The notes below the pieces were generated by a model that saw nothing but the letters and a program-made list of their open reading frames with translations, did no database searches and was not told where the DNA came from. A stretch of DNA of 64,000 nucleotides. Source: Octopus sinensis. Lineage: Eukaryota. Positions 25,954 to 38,553 of the stretch are shown piece by piece; the stretch's first letter is position 1, and every line of letters starts with the position of its first letter. Position numbers and translations under genes: made by a program. The DNA lies in NCBI RefSeq assembly GCF_006345805.1, contig NC_043004.1:5642001-5706000 (forward strand), written 5' to 3'.

Positions 25954-26720
25954 GTAAGAAGATACTATACAGGCACCATAAATCATCAAGATACATATAA
26001 AGTATAACCCTATTTGTTTTGTTGCTTTCGTTGTTGTTGTTGTTGTTTTTGTATTTCATCTCTTAAAAACATTTATGTAAGAGAGGTTTAGATAAAGTTC
26101 AATGCTTTGCTCAGGGTCACTGTAATGGAACCCTTAATGGAAAAGTTCCACACACTTCAGCTGAAAGGCTGGCAATGTATACAGTAAGTGTTGAAAATGG
26201 TCATACGCACTAGCAATGTACTGTAACTAAAATATTCACTTTCAAGAGAATACAGAATATTTTCTGCCCTGAATATTAAATAAGAATGTATTACATACAT
26301 ATTTGCACATAATTACCTATATAAATATATATATATATATAAATAATTATAATAAAGGGTTTTTTGCAACAAGTTGCTTAAACCACATACCGAAAATATT
26401 AGAAATAGCAGTCAAAGGGCTACTATTACTATTACTACAAAAATAAGTCTCCACAAACAACAGTATTTGTAACTCATATATGGTAAAAAAAAAAGGAAGA
26501 CAATGAAATCACACAGTCTACTGGATCAATTATGGACGATCGTTTCTGGATTAGAATTGTAAAGTTCATTTCCTTATTAACATAATATTTCCCATAAATC
26601 TAGAAATGCTAGGAAAAAACTTACCTATTATATATTTGACCAGGCGACATCTAAAGATATAACAGTCCACTAGCATATCCACATTTATATAGACATGCGA
26701 ATTCGTATATATATATATAT

Positions 26721-27098
26721 ATGTTGTTATATTTTGGGATGGTCATTTTTTTACTTCTTGCCAAATAAACACATGCGCTATATATTTGTTCCTCACTTGT
26801 TTATTATTGTTCTTATTTTATGTCCATCATCTGGAAATTTTTTGTCACACACATGTGACCTCTTCAACGACTCTCCATCCAATGTGTCTCCATCTTGTTT
26901 TGCTTAGTCTCTTCCATTCTCAGGAAGAGACATAAGGGATGGAGAGTCGTTGAAGAGGTCACAGGTATGTGATGAAATATTTCCAGACAATGGATATAAA
27001 ATAAGAAAAAATAATAAACAAATGATGAACGAATATATATAGTGCATGTGTTTATTTGGCAAGAAGCAAAAAGTGACCATCCTGAAATATAACAATAT
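26721..27098. repeat. Long inverted repeat / foldback element (~160-bp arms, ~56-nt spacer)
   Basis: 26721-26880 is the approximate reverse complement of 26937-27098. Confidence 0.85.
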
Positions 27099-27164
27099 TT
27101 GTTTCAACACAATTTCACATCAGGAATCTTGCAAAACAAACACATAAAAAAAAAATATATATAT

Positions 27165-27547
27165 AGGCGTAGGAGCGGCTGTGTGGTAAGTAGCTTGCTT
27201 ACAAATCACATGGTTCTGGGTTCAGTCCCACTGCGTGGCACCTTGGGCAAGTGTCTTCTACTATAGCCTCAGGCCGATCAAAGCCTTGTGAGTGGATTTG
27301 GTAGACGGAAACTGAAAGAAGCCCGTCGTATATATGTATATATATATATATATGTGTGTCTATGTTTGTCCTTCACAACTGATGCTGGTGTGTTTACATC
27401 CCCATAACTTAGCAGTTTGGCAAAAGAGACCGATAGAATAAGTACTAGGCTTACAAAGAATAAGTCCTGGGGTTGATTTGCTCAACTAAAGGTGGTGCTC
27501 CAGCATGTCCACCAGTCAAATGACTGAAACAAGTAAAAGAGTAAAGA

Positions 27548-27548
<1 letters not shown>
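27165..27548 (+). mobile_element. SINE family A (young)
   Basis: aggcgtaggagcggctgtgtggtaag head through agtaaaagagtaaagag tail. Confidence 0.9.
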
Positions 27549-27583
<35 letters not shown>

Positions 27584-27621
27584 TACATTTATTACATAAA
27601 TATACTATATATCACAATATG

Positions 27622-27905
27622 TGAAAGTGGTTAAGATGTTGCACTCATGACTGTGAGATCGTGGGTTTGATTCCCATACTGGGCATTGCATTGTGTTCTT
27701 GAGCAAAGCACTTCATTTGACGTTACTCTGCAATCATTTCGACATCTGACATGTGGCACCCAGTTGCACCTGTACAGGTAATGTCAATTTGATGGAGGGT
27801 GTGAGCTTATGTGTACACAAACATTTAATCACTATAAACAAATCATCTGTGTGGTTGTTCAGTAAGAAATTGCCGAACCCTCATACATCATCTAATGACA
27901 GGAGA
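27622..27905 (+). mobile_element. tRNA-headed SINE (family G-like head)
   Basis: gtggttaagatgttgcactcatgactgtgagatcgtgggtttgattccc; ttgagcaaagcacttcatt. Confidence 0.65.
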
Positions 27906-28199
27906 GTCCATTATATATATGTGTGTGTGTGTGTACTATATTTCCTATGTAAATATACTATATATATATATTGTGATAGACGATATATGTAGCTGCAAAT
28001 ATTTTGTTTTAATTAAATCTTGGTTGGGGTAGGACTTGCAACTTTGACCCTGTTAAATCCTCACCAGCAACGACTACCTAATTAGATCCATGGGTTGGAG
28101 GCTTGTCACTTGAGTGGTGCTAAGGTGTAGGAGGGAATCACCAACAAATGATGGATGCAGTGACACACTGTTACAGCACATGCCCCACCATACAGTACA

Positions 28200-28620
28200 G
28201 AATCTTGATTTTCATATGAGGTACAGCTGTTGCTGTGTGGTAAGAAGCTTGTTTTCCAACTGCATGGTTTCAGATTCAGTCCCGCTGCATTGCACCTTGA
28301 GCAAGTGTTTTCTACTATGGCTCTGCAGCTACCAATGCTTTGTATGAATTTAGTAGATGGAAACTGAAAGAAGCCCATCATATATGTGAATGTGTTACTG
28401 TTTCTGTGACTTGATGTTATGTGATAGTTGTAAGCAAGTGTAATACAAGCAGTGTTTTTAAATTCCAGTCTTCTGTGAAAACATATCTGGTCATGGGAAA
28501 ATTTTACCTTATTTGGAAACAGAGGAAGGTTGGTGACAGGAAGGGCATCCAGCCATAGAAATTCTACCTCAACAAATTCCGTCATGAAGAAATGGACATT
28601 AAAACAATGATGATGATGCT
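28200..28620 (+). mobile_element. SINE with A head and B (RTE-like) tail ending in (GAT)n
   Basis: gctgtgtggtaagaagcttg...ggttggtgacaggaagggcatccagc...gatgatg. Confidence 0.8.
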
Positions 28621-28984
28621 GATTTTGTTCAAATGTTTCTTCCGCCTATTTATGATTGATTTGTTTATAGAAGAGGAAATAACAGCAAATATGTCACTGA
28701 TTGACCTAGTAGGCATTCAAATTGACTGAAATCTTGCTATAGTTACTCAATCATTACTTAATGATGCTTTTGCAAAAATATTTGGAAGAAGTTTTTGGTA
28801 AAAAAGATTTATTTCCATATTAATTGTGTCTATGAGCGAACTTGATGATAGTGTAAACAAAATTGTATGGTTCCTATTTCAATAGCATTTATTTCATTTA
28901 TATATTATTACTTGATTGAAACATAAACTTTTAATTCTGTGGTGATAGACAACCCTGAAAATATTTGATAGATTAATCTTTTAT

Positions 28985-29370
28985 TCTTTATCTGTTTCTT
29001 GTTTCATTCATTGGACTGTGGCCATGCTGGAGAATGGCCTTGAGGTGATTTAATTGAACAAATCAACCCCAGTACTTGTCTTTTAGGTCTGGTACTTAGT
29101 CTTTCAGTGTATTTTGCCAAGCTGCTATGTTATGCAGATGTAAACAAACTAACACTGGTTGTTTATAGTGGTAGAAGGCAATAAATACACACACACACAC
29201 ACACACACAACAGGCTTCTACACCAGTGTCCATCTATCAAATTCACTCACAAGGCATTAGTCAACCTGGAGCTATAGTAGAAGCCATTTGCCCAAGGTAC
29301 TGCACAGTAGGACTGAACCTGAAACTATATAGATGCAAAGCAAGCTTCTTAACCACACAGCTATGCCTAA
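28985..29370 (-). mobile_element. SINE family A
   Basis: Reverse complement of family A. Confidence 0.8.
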
Positions 29371-29984
29371 TTTCTTTTCTGGTTTTTTTTTTGGTTTTTT
29401 GGGCAAATTTCTCTTTACATTAGTTTTATAATTGCATTAATCAGAAAATTTTTATATAAATATTATAAAACATATAAGATTAAAGCATACTTCTTTTTAC
29501 ATTAAATCAGATATTATCATGGCAGCTTTGACATGTTTTACTATTTTTATACCATTGTAACAAGGACTGGGACTTAATAGCTAAAGACATTATTCTGTGC
29601 CCGTAGGTTATGGTGGCAGATTATATTACTTGACTTCGTCCACCCAACTGAAAATAGGTACTACGCTAGCTTCATTAGCAAATAGTTAATATCAAGCACA
29701 ACATCCAGCTGTAAACACCTGTTCCAACATTTTCATACTGATATCTTGATGTTCATAACCAACCAACAAGGTAAGAAAAGCAGGTGTAAAATGGTTAAAA
29801 AAAAATCTGTGGTATGAACGAACATTAACTTAATAATAATATAGATATAATAATATAGATTTTCCCTCCCGATGATTCATCTGAATGAATGAATGTCGTG
29901 TTAGCTTAAAATGAAAGGAAATTAATATTCTCACTTTTGCTGATAGAATTCATTTAAATTGCTTGTTTTAACACCAGTGTCCCA

Positions 29985-30700
29985 TTGTGTCCAACTAACT
30001 TTGTCTTTTATCTTTTACTTGCTTCAGTCATTGGACAGCAGCCATGGTAGGGCATCACTGCGTAGGGTTTTTTTTTACTCGCAAATCAACCCCACTGCTT
30101 ATGTTTTGCTTTTTTTGTATTTTTTAAAGTCTGGTACTTATTCTGTCAGTCTTGTTTGCCGAACCATGAAGTTAGGGGGGATGTAAACAAGCCAGTACTA
30201 GTTATTATGCAGTGGCGCGGGGAGGTGACAGACAAATAGACACACACACACACATACATGTGGGTGTGTATGTTTATATATATATATATATAGGGAGAGT
30301 TTACGAAAAAAACAAAAGACGAAGACAGGCGGTGTACAAAACAAACAGATGTATTAGTATAATGCTCAGGAATAGAAAAAGTCTTTTACGTTTTGAGCCT
30401 AGGCTCTTCTACAGAAAGGGACACAGAAAAAACAAGGAGTGAAAAAAATGTGTGTAGTGGCTAACGATCTATCATGGCGACTGATACATACATACATACA
30501 TACATACCTACATAGTTTGATTGATAGATAGATAGATGTCAGGTTTCCACTCAGTTTTCATCTTCTGAATTCACTTACAAGGCATGGTTAGTCCAGAGCT
30601 ATAGTACACAACACTTGCCCAAGGTGCAATGCAGTGGGACTGAACCCCAAACCACATGGTTACAAAGCATGCTTCTTAACTACGCAGCCATTCCTGTGCC
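29985..30700 (-). mobile_element. SINE family A interrupted by a Penelope-like small element
   Basis: Tail at 29985-30280, head at 30535-30700. Confidence 0.75.
30292..30482 (-). mobile_element. Small non-autonomous Penelope-like repeat with hammerhead-like motif (second copy 50290-50492, plus)
   Basis: Two homologous copies in the window, TA-flanked; motif CTTT-CTGTAGA-A-GAGC(CTAG)GCTC-AAAA-CG-TA-AAAG on the minus strand. Confidence 0.6.
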
Positions 30701-30975
30701 TATTTATTAAATTTACTTAACCATGCTTAGAACTTCACTCTTCTCCGTTGATTCTTTAAATATGTTTCATTATATTACTGATCGCATATATTATGGCACT
30801 TAAAAAGCTCCTTCATAAATTATACTTTTTTTTTGTTAACACTTATACATTGGTTTGCATCTGATTATTTTACCAAATAGTTTCAGTTTTATTATTCATA
30901 TAATTCAGTTAACTCTTACTCTTAAATACTCCATTTCTAACTTTATAAGGACCTTCTTGTTGTCACAAGAACTGC

Positions 30976-31310
30976 TTATTACCTTTGCTTTAGTGAAGGC
31001 AGAAGTATTATTTTCAGTCGCATTTGTTTGTTTGGATTCGGATGAAACTTTCAGGGATGTTTGACCTCATGACTAGCATGAACTGATTAGATTTTGGGAT
31101 CAATCTGATATCAGACAAGGCTTCTGGATTATTTTTCTGGTTTTTTTACTTAAATTTTGAGAGCAGTCAGGTTCATTTTTAGTATTCCCATTTGTGAGAG
31201 AAGTCAAATTTATTTCAGATATTCTCATTTTAAAAATAATCTCTGGCTTATCACTGAGAGGATATTGGTGTTGCCTTGGCAGAGGTTTGCGCTCACAGAG
31301 TGCTCTTGTT
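30976..31310 (+). mobile_element. Helentron-associated non-autonomous element (HINE/DINE-1-like)
   Basis: Starts TTattaccttt..aaggcagaag; ends ccttggcagaggtttgcgctcacagagtgctcttgTT, resembling the cttggcggagg..tgcgctct..gagtg..ctagtt terminus of these elements (from memory). Confidence 0.55.
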
Positions 31311-31544
31311 ATATTTATTATCAAACAGATTAATGCTCATAATATCTAAACTTGCCCAATTTTTAATATAGAGATAGAGATTACATGTTGAAGTCCTCAC
31401 TCATGAGACAAGTGCAATGATAAAATGAGAATTATCAAGTTTTTGCAAATTAAATAATTCTTTAATCTGCTACCTCTGTGCTATACATAGATCAGCTCTG
31501 AATTAGCTGACCACAACTATCAAACAACAACAATTTGAGTAATC

Positions 31545-31760
31545 AAGGAGGCTTCTACAGGGTCACTAAACATCTTAGAAATAGCAACAAAATCTCCCTC
31601 GATTTACATCTTACCATTTTAAAAAAGGAAGGACTTATTGAATCATGTAGTCAAAGATACATTTTATTTGAAAATACGAAGGGATGCTGCTCATAGCTGA
31701 AATGTCTTTGATCAAAAGTCTGTTTGATGAAGGCTGACCTTGGGTTAAACAACAATTGCC
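31545..31760 (+). mobile_element. Interspersed repeat family H with (CAA) tail; fragments also near 23790-23990, 52060, 54770-54900, 62100-62290
   Basis: ggaggcttctacagggtcac..tagaaatagcaacaaaatctccctc...gggttaaacaacaa recurs in the window. Confidence 0.55.
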
Positions 31761-31869
31761 ATTTTTGGTGTCTATTTTCTATATGACCACATGACCTAAA
31801 TTTGCATTGATACAGTCTGCTATATACAGAAGTCTTCATCAAGCTTATCTTAGACTTACTTATTACATC

Positions 31870-33250
31870 TATGGTACCTTTCTCTTCTTATTTTGTTCTA
31901 TTAGTAGTAAGTCTCTAATTTCATTCTTTACATCTTCTAACCATATAAAATAACACTCTAGTTATATAGCTTGCATAACTCATCTCTTATATGTAAAGAA
32001 ACTTATTTTCTCGACAGTCTGATAAAAAAATTCCCCAGATTTCATTCAGTCTCTAAGAAACATAAACTCTAGTTGCTGTGCTTTCTCCAATCAACTCCCT
32101 TGTCAATGTATGATATGCTTGTTAGATAACCAAAATTTACTATATCTAATAGCAGCTTGCTACCAAAATAAAATTTATCTTCAAAAATGTTAATAATGGC
32201 AGCTTTATTTGTTTTCCACCAACTCCACCAGACTATGGGCTCAGCCCAACCAATACAATGTTGTATTAAAACACAATAGAATCATAGCATTGTTGTTTAC
32301 TGAAAGCATCATTGTCCTCCTCAACTTGATGACATGTTTGATATAAGCCTTAATATTATGTCTCTTCTCTTTATACTTGTTAAAATAGAATTTTGTTTTT
32401 GTTAAGTTTCTCTCCCAATATATCCCAAAACCTAAAAGTTCAAGTATACGTCTGAACACATTCTGTAATTCTATATACAACCCATTTTATTTTATTTTAT
32501 TTCAACGTATATTTATTTCAAAATATTTCAGTTGTATTTGTACTTTTCAAATTTCACTCTTGACAGAAATGATTCAGTGTTGCTATTTGTAAAAGCTGCC
32601 CATTGCCTCTACAATCCTTAGCCAGCTGCATTCTAAATATCTACATATTAGTTATCACTTCAGCTCCTTTCTCATTTTCACCTTACTTTCCCTGGAGACA
32701 ATAAATACACCAGAGTAACAATATTTATTGTTTTATCTCCATTACTATGTTTGGTCTTTTGAGGCAAATTCTTTTATCTCTATACATGTATAATTTTCAA
32801 TTTTGTTTATATTACTTGTGTTCACTTGTGTTTGTGTTAGACATATCAGCTGTTGGCTGATATTTCTACAGTTTCCCCTCTTTTGCTTTGCTTTTACTGT
32901 AGTGTATTCCAAATCTTTCAGTGATGTTGCCACTAGCCTAACATTGCTACTTTATCATATTACTGTTCATATTCAGTTTGGCTTCAGAGAACTAATAATG
33001 TAGTCTTTGTTATTGGTAGTTCTGATTGGGTTTGTGGTTGAACATTGTCCTAGACAAGTTGGGATTATTTGTCATTCTTTATCTTCAGGACCACATTTAA
33101 GCCAGTTTACAACCCTTAAAACCAATTCCTATTTTGGGAATTTCTCCATATGATGGTCTTTTTCTTCTTGTATTGTTACTGGTATTTTGCCACTACCTGT
33201 AATAGTAGGGGTACTGAGTAGTCTAGTTTGTACATAAGAAAAGAACAGAT
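31870..33250 (-). pseudogene. Highly decayed L1/Tx1-like LINE 5' region (ORF1 and start of the endonuclease)
   Basis: Purine-rich minus strand with IPVTIQ...LKCG (zinc-knuckle-like), EYTTVKAKQKR and GVDWRK..L..FL.. fragments; weak similarity, by eye only. Confidence 0.35.
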
Positions 33251-33308
33251 ATAGTTCTTTTTGAGAAAGGGAAAACATTATCTGTGTTGAGTTTGCTGGA
33301 AGCTTGGC

Positions 33309-33340
<32 letters not shown>

Positions 33341-35289
33341 GGGGTGGGAGTGCTTAAAGGGAGAGAATTGCTTCTAAGTCTTTTTTTTTTTCTCATCTTG
33401 GGTTGAAATTTATTAATGGAGAGTGAAAAGTGGAGAGAGGATACATATTTTTCACATGAATTTATTTTCTTATTAATAATGTAGTAGTTGTTTATGGTTT
33501 CATTTTGCCTTATTTTAGGGCTCATCATAACAGCACAACTTGAGATTTTAAAGTTAGTCAATCTAAAGTCACTTAAGATTATTCAACATTTACATTTTAT
33601 TTTATGAATTAGGTCTACTCAATGGTCTCTCTCCTTCACCCCCACCTTCCTCCCCTCTCACTAGCCATTCTCTTTGTTAATTCAACTCTCTGTACTAAAA
33701 TTAGATCTAATGATAATCATTATGTTGAAACTACCTCTAATTTATCTGCTATTGTTATGTGGGAATATCTAACTCTCTCTTAAACAAAATTTCACTCGCA
33801 GTTTTAATGATGTTTTTTTTTTTTTTTAGATAAAAAATTCTTTTGCAGTTTTAATCACTTAGCACTCTGCATAAGAACCTATATATTTTTAGAAAGGGTC
33901 TTGTCTAAATTGGCAAAAACGAAGCTATGAAAATGAAAGCTTTTAGTTGCAAAATAAATTTTTCCTGTCTAAGCACTTTCACCTACCAGATTCACTCACA
34001 AGGCTTTGGCTGAGCTGAGGCTATCACAGAAAGCACTCAGCTAAGCTGCCATGCAGTGGAACTGAACCCAAAACCATGTGGTTGGGAAGTTCATTCATTC
34101 ATTTTTAAGATTTAATTTGCACTCTTACCATACAACTTTTTAACCGAATGATAATCTTTTGTATTAACTTATGTTATTGGCTTAGTGATTATTTTTCTCT
34201 AAGGTTAATTATTATTTTGTAACAACTCTAGCTTTTAATTTCCTCATTATCACCCAGAATTCATTTCCAAATGTTTTCTTACAAACCATTAGCAAAAATA
34301 TTAAAACAAAAAAATAAAACAAATTTTTATTCAGCATTCCACACTCTTGATTATTTATTTCTTTTCTTTTTTTATATTTCCAGTTATAAATTAGAAGTTA
34401 CAGAATTATAAATTAATTTTTCTTGATTAATATAAAATATGCTTGAGCATATTAGATGTACTCCAATTTCAGCAGCATATATTCAAGAAAAAGGGTTTTT
34501 AGTGCATGAAATCATATAGGCCAAACTTTTCATATGGGACTTTTGGGGTGATTTTTGAGACTTTGGATGGGCATCCTATATGCCGTCTGATATGGCACTT
34601 TAATGTATAACTTGCTGATTTTGGACATTGAAATAAGTGCTAAGTTTTTTGCTGTTTTCAGTCACTAAATGTAAAATTGTCTTTTAGCTTCGAGTAACCA
34701 GCTTCAAATGTGAAATTGTTTGAGATATATGTTGGACTTTTACACATAGATATAGATGTACTTGCTGTGTTGCAGTTTCCCTTGGAGCCATGATATAAAA
34801 TACAAGGCTGGAAATGCTTAATCATAGAAGCATTAAAGAAAATTGCAGGGTATCATAAATTAAGCTGTATTGCTTATGGTAATTATTTCTACAGTGTGCA
34901 CTGTGCTACTCTGCTGAACCTACTTGTTTGGCATAATATATAAGTGGAAAAGAAACAGACAAACGTTTTGTTAATTTGATCCAAGTTAATCCTTCTGGAT
35001 GTATATTATTAGATTTGAAAACAAATTACAGTCAGATTATATCATGATACTACAAGAACAGAGTTATTATGAAGCTTGGCTGTGTGATAAGAAGTTTGCT
35101 TTCCAACCACATGATTTTTAAGTTCAGTCCTACTATGTGGCACCATGGGCAAGTGCCTTCTGCTATAGCTTTAGGTCAAGCAAAGCTTCGAAAATTGTAT
35201 CAAGATTTTCAATTAAGTACATTCTTTTCTCTGGTATTACTCAGTTAATGACAGTCTGCTGCTGTTAATGACTTAAAAAAGCTCTTTAA

Positions 35290-35507
35290 CCCTCGTTACC
35301 AACCCGGCTGAAACTGGCTCTGGCTCTGAGTACAAATGTCTTGTTTTCATAAGTTTTCAACTAAAATCTTCCACCAAACATTAGTCACAATTTATGTTCC
35401 TAACATTATCTGAATGATAACTAAGTTATTTTACTAAATTCTTTGTTATATTTAAAGTAATTGAAAGCAACACAGAGCATCTCAAAATAAATGCAGTAAC
35501 GAAAGAG
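35290..35507. mobile_element. piggyBac-type MITE, family P1
   Basis: TTAA-CCCTCGTTACC start; internal sequence homologous to 14853-15073. Confidence 0.85.
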
Positions 35508-35551
35508 TAAATATCGTAATTATAAATTCACTGAATTTTGATCCTTTAGAT

Positions 35552-35942
35552 CAGTGGTTCTCAACCATGGGCTATATGACCTCTGGGGATCCATATAAGC
35601 ATTTTGGGGTCCAAGCAAGCAAAATAGTAAATTGAGGATCTGTGGTCGTGTTTTAGGGGTTCATGAAAAAACTTTTGCTTTAGATGTATTTATTGCAAGA
35701 AACAGCTAGGTTTCTTTCTTTCAGGATTTACCTGGTTCAACATGTTTCTGGCCACTGAAACATGTTCTCTCAGAGAGAGTTCTGCTGTAAATCTAGACAA
35801 GTGAATGGGTGAAGAACAAAACAAGAATTTTAAAAGAAGTATCTAAAAACTGGTTTTTAAGCATTGAATGGCTATAGGGGTCCACTAGAATAAAACAGTA
35901 ATCAAAGAGGTCTATAGGCAAAAGAATGGTTGAGAATCCCTG
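35552..35942. mobile_element. hAT MITE (same family as 11426-11746, opposite orientation) with a ~50-bp foreign insert
   Basis: cagtggttctcaacc / ggttgagaatccctg; TSD ctttagat / ctttaggt. Confidence 0.85.
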
Positions 35943-36528
35943 CTTTAGGTAAACTATTAAGTTTTTTTTTAACAAAGTTTAATATAACTTTTTAGCAATG
36001 AATCTAGTGGTATAAAGGTGTTTTCGTAGATCTCTTGGACAAAATTAGTGTTTTTTAATTCTTTAGTTTGACTATCACTTTGCTTATTGCCATGGTGGAG
36101 CACTTTCAACTCCTAGCAAAACTAAACTTCTAGTCAAGTATCTACTTGTTCTCACTCATCATTAAATAATCTCCAGTTATTGTGAAGTTACAGAGAAAGA
36201 ACTCACCCAATGCTTATACATATTTGTACATTCCCTCAGATTATTTTGGCTCTTGTGGAATTTACTTTCTATGCTTAGATAACTGAAGTTATTGCATATC
36301 TCATTGGATAGTGGGAAAAACTGATCTAGCTTCTGAGCTAACTCTTTGACAATTAACAGAACACTCATCCTTAAGTGGTTCATTATCACATACTCAACAA
36401 GCTTTCCAGAATGTCCTGAATATGTCAAATTGCAATGACTATCCTGAAACTTACAGAAATCATTTGGATATTTTCCCACATGTTGAACATGTTTGCCATA
36501 TGTTTAAACTGTTTTTCTATATCTTCAG

Positions 36529-36576
36529 TTGCACTACTTCTGTCATATGTTTTGTGTATTCTTTTGACACTGCCAT
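36529..36576 (+). CDS. Candidate exon, hydrophobic ALLLSYVLCILLTLP
   Basis: tttttctatatcttcag acceptor, gtgagt donor, 48 nt; protein not recognised. Confidence 0.3.
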
Positions 36577-37127
36577 GTGAGTGAGTGTATATATAGTTTA
36601 AAACTAGTATTTTCAAACAGTATCAATATTTATAAAGTATACAGTGAAACATAATAAATCTTCTCCTATGTATTATAGCCATCAGAAAATTCAACTTTAG
36701 GCAAGAATGCAAACATTTAAAACTTACTTTATCTTCAAAATGAGATAACTTGATATCTATTGCTGGGCACATTTATAACAATTCAAAATATTAATTTATT
36801 ATGCTTTCCTAACTCTAGACCCAAGTGACATTTTATAGAAATAAAATTAAAACTGTTATATGTGTGCATGTCTTTTTTTTTTTTTCAGTCACAATCATTT
36901 CAATGTTAAAATAAGAATACAACTTATTTAAACTTCAGCACAGGAAAATTTAAAACAATTGTAAAATAAAACGTTAACTATCAAAATAGAAATGAACAAT
37001 GTTAAAACAAACAATAAAGCTTGTATTCTAACTTTAACTGTTTTGAAAACAGTTTACTCGGCACAAAAGTTTAATTTTATAGAGAATTTGTGAAACTTAG
37101 AAAATTAATAAGGGTGTAAGGCACAAA

Positions 37128-37175
<48 letters not shown>

Positions 37176-37178
<3 letters not shown>

Positions 37179-38416
37179 GGGTTGGACAAAATAATGGAAA
37201 CACCTTAAAATTTCAAACAAGTTAATGGGGTAGGACTGCCTTTGGCAGTAACTACAGCTTGAATTCTACGGGGTATGGACTCATACAAAGTTTGAATTGT
37301 TTCCAAAGGAATTTTTGTCCATTCTTCAGCTAAATCAGTCTCCAGTTCTTGTAGTGATGATGATGGAGGATATCAACTCCATACTTGTTTTTCTAAAATG
37401 CACCATAAATGTTTGATAATATTGAGATCTGGGGACTGTGGAGGCCAGATAAGATGTTCAACTTCACTAGAATGTTCTTCGTACCATTCAGTAATAACTT
37501 TAGTTGTCTGATTTGGTACATTATCATCCTGAAAGATTGCATTTTCCTCCGGAAACAGTTCCGCAACCATAGGGTGAATTTGATAAGATAATATGCTTAA
37601 ATAGTCTTCACTATTAATTCTGCCATGAAGGGAGACCATTGGACTGGCGGATGTCTAAGATATAGCCACCAGATCATCACAGATCCTCCTATATGTTTAG
37701 CAGTTGGAAGATGGCAGTCTGGGTCAAATGCTTCTTTTGACTGTCTCTACACATATACTCAGTCAATAGCCAGAAATAAAGTAAAAGATGACTTGCCCAA
37801 GAAAATAACATTCTTCCACCGCTCTAGAGACCAATTCTGAAGGTTTTTACTCCACTCTAAACACTTTGCAATGTTTGTTTTTGAAAGTAGTGGTTTTCTG
37901 ATTGCAGCTCTCCCATGAAATCCAGCTTTGTGCAGCTCCCAGCAAACAGTTTTTGTGGAAACTGGGTTCTCGAGGTGGTCATTAAGCTCTACAGTAATTT
38001 TGGATGATGTACTTTTGTGATCCTTTCTAACAATTCGCGTAAGAGTCCGACGGTCCCTATCCAAAAGTTTTGGTTTTCTTCCAGAGTTTTGTTTCGACAA
38101 GGAGGTTTTTCCCTCCTCTTTCTCAAAGGCTGTCATTACTTTCGAGACAGTACTTCTTGATACACCAAACATTTCAGCTGTTTTTGTTACGCTAGGGCCT
38201 GCCATATGAACACCAACAATTGAAAGTCCGATAGATCAGTCATTTTAATGAATTTTAATTACCTTTTTCTGATGATGTCTGAAAAGAAACAGCAATTTTA
38301 GCAAAACATATTAAGCAACAATAATAATAAATAAAAAAACATCAAAATAACCAAGCTTTTGATGGTTTTATAGAGATTTCAAAATCATGATGCTATATGT
38401 GAGGTGTTTCCATTAT
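37176..38416 (-). mobile_element. Tc1 (DD34E) transposon, near full length
   Basis: TIR caggggttggacaaaataatggaaacacc after TA; the other TIR (ggtgtttccattat) is truncated by a TA repeat. Confidence 0.92.
37222..38243 (-). pseudogene. Tc1 transposase pseudogene
   Basis: ORFs 37759-38205 (paired-like HTH, SGRKPKL) and 37373-37639 (FQDDN...WPPQSPDLNIIKHLW); C-terminus EEWTKIPLETIQTLYESIPRRIQAV; stops, frameshifts and catalytic E>K. Confidence 0.92.
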
Positions 38417-38446
38417 ATATATATACATATATATATATATAGATAT

Positions 38447-38505
38447 ATATACCTGAGTAAGCACATGATTATATATATTATATATATTATATATACATAC
38501 ACATA

Positions 38506-38553
<48 letters not shown>

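Noticed and set aside
28106-28585. 159-aa minus-strand ORF and similar ORFs (632-991, 3877-4140, 10203-10424 etc.)
   Set aside because: They lie within SINE copies; the same pseudo-peptide (GTEP..WL..KLL) recurs across copies
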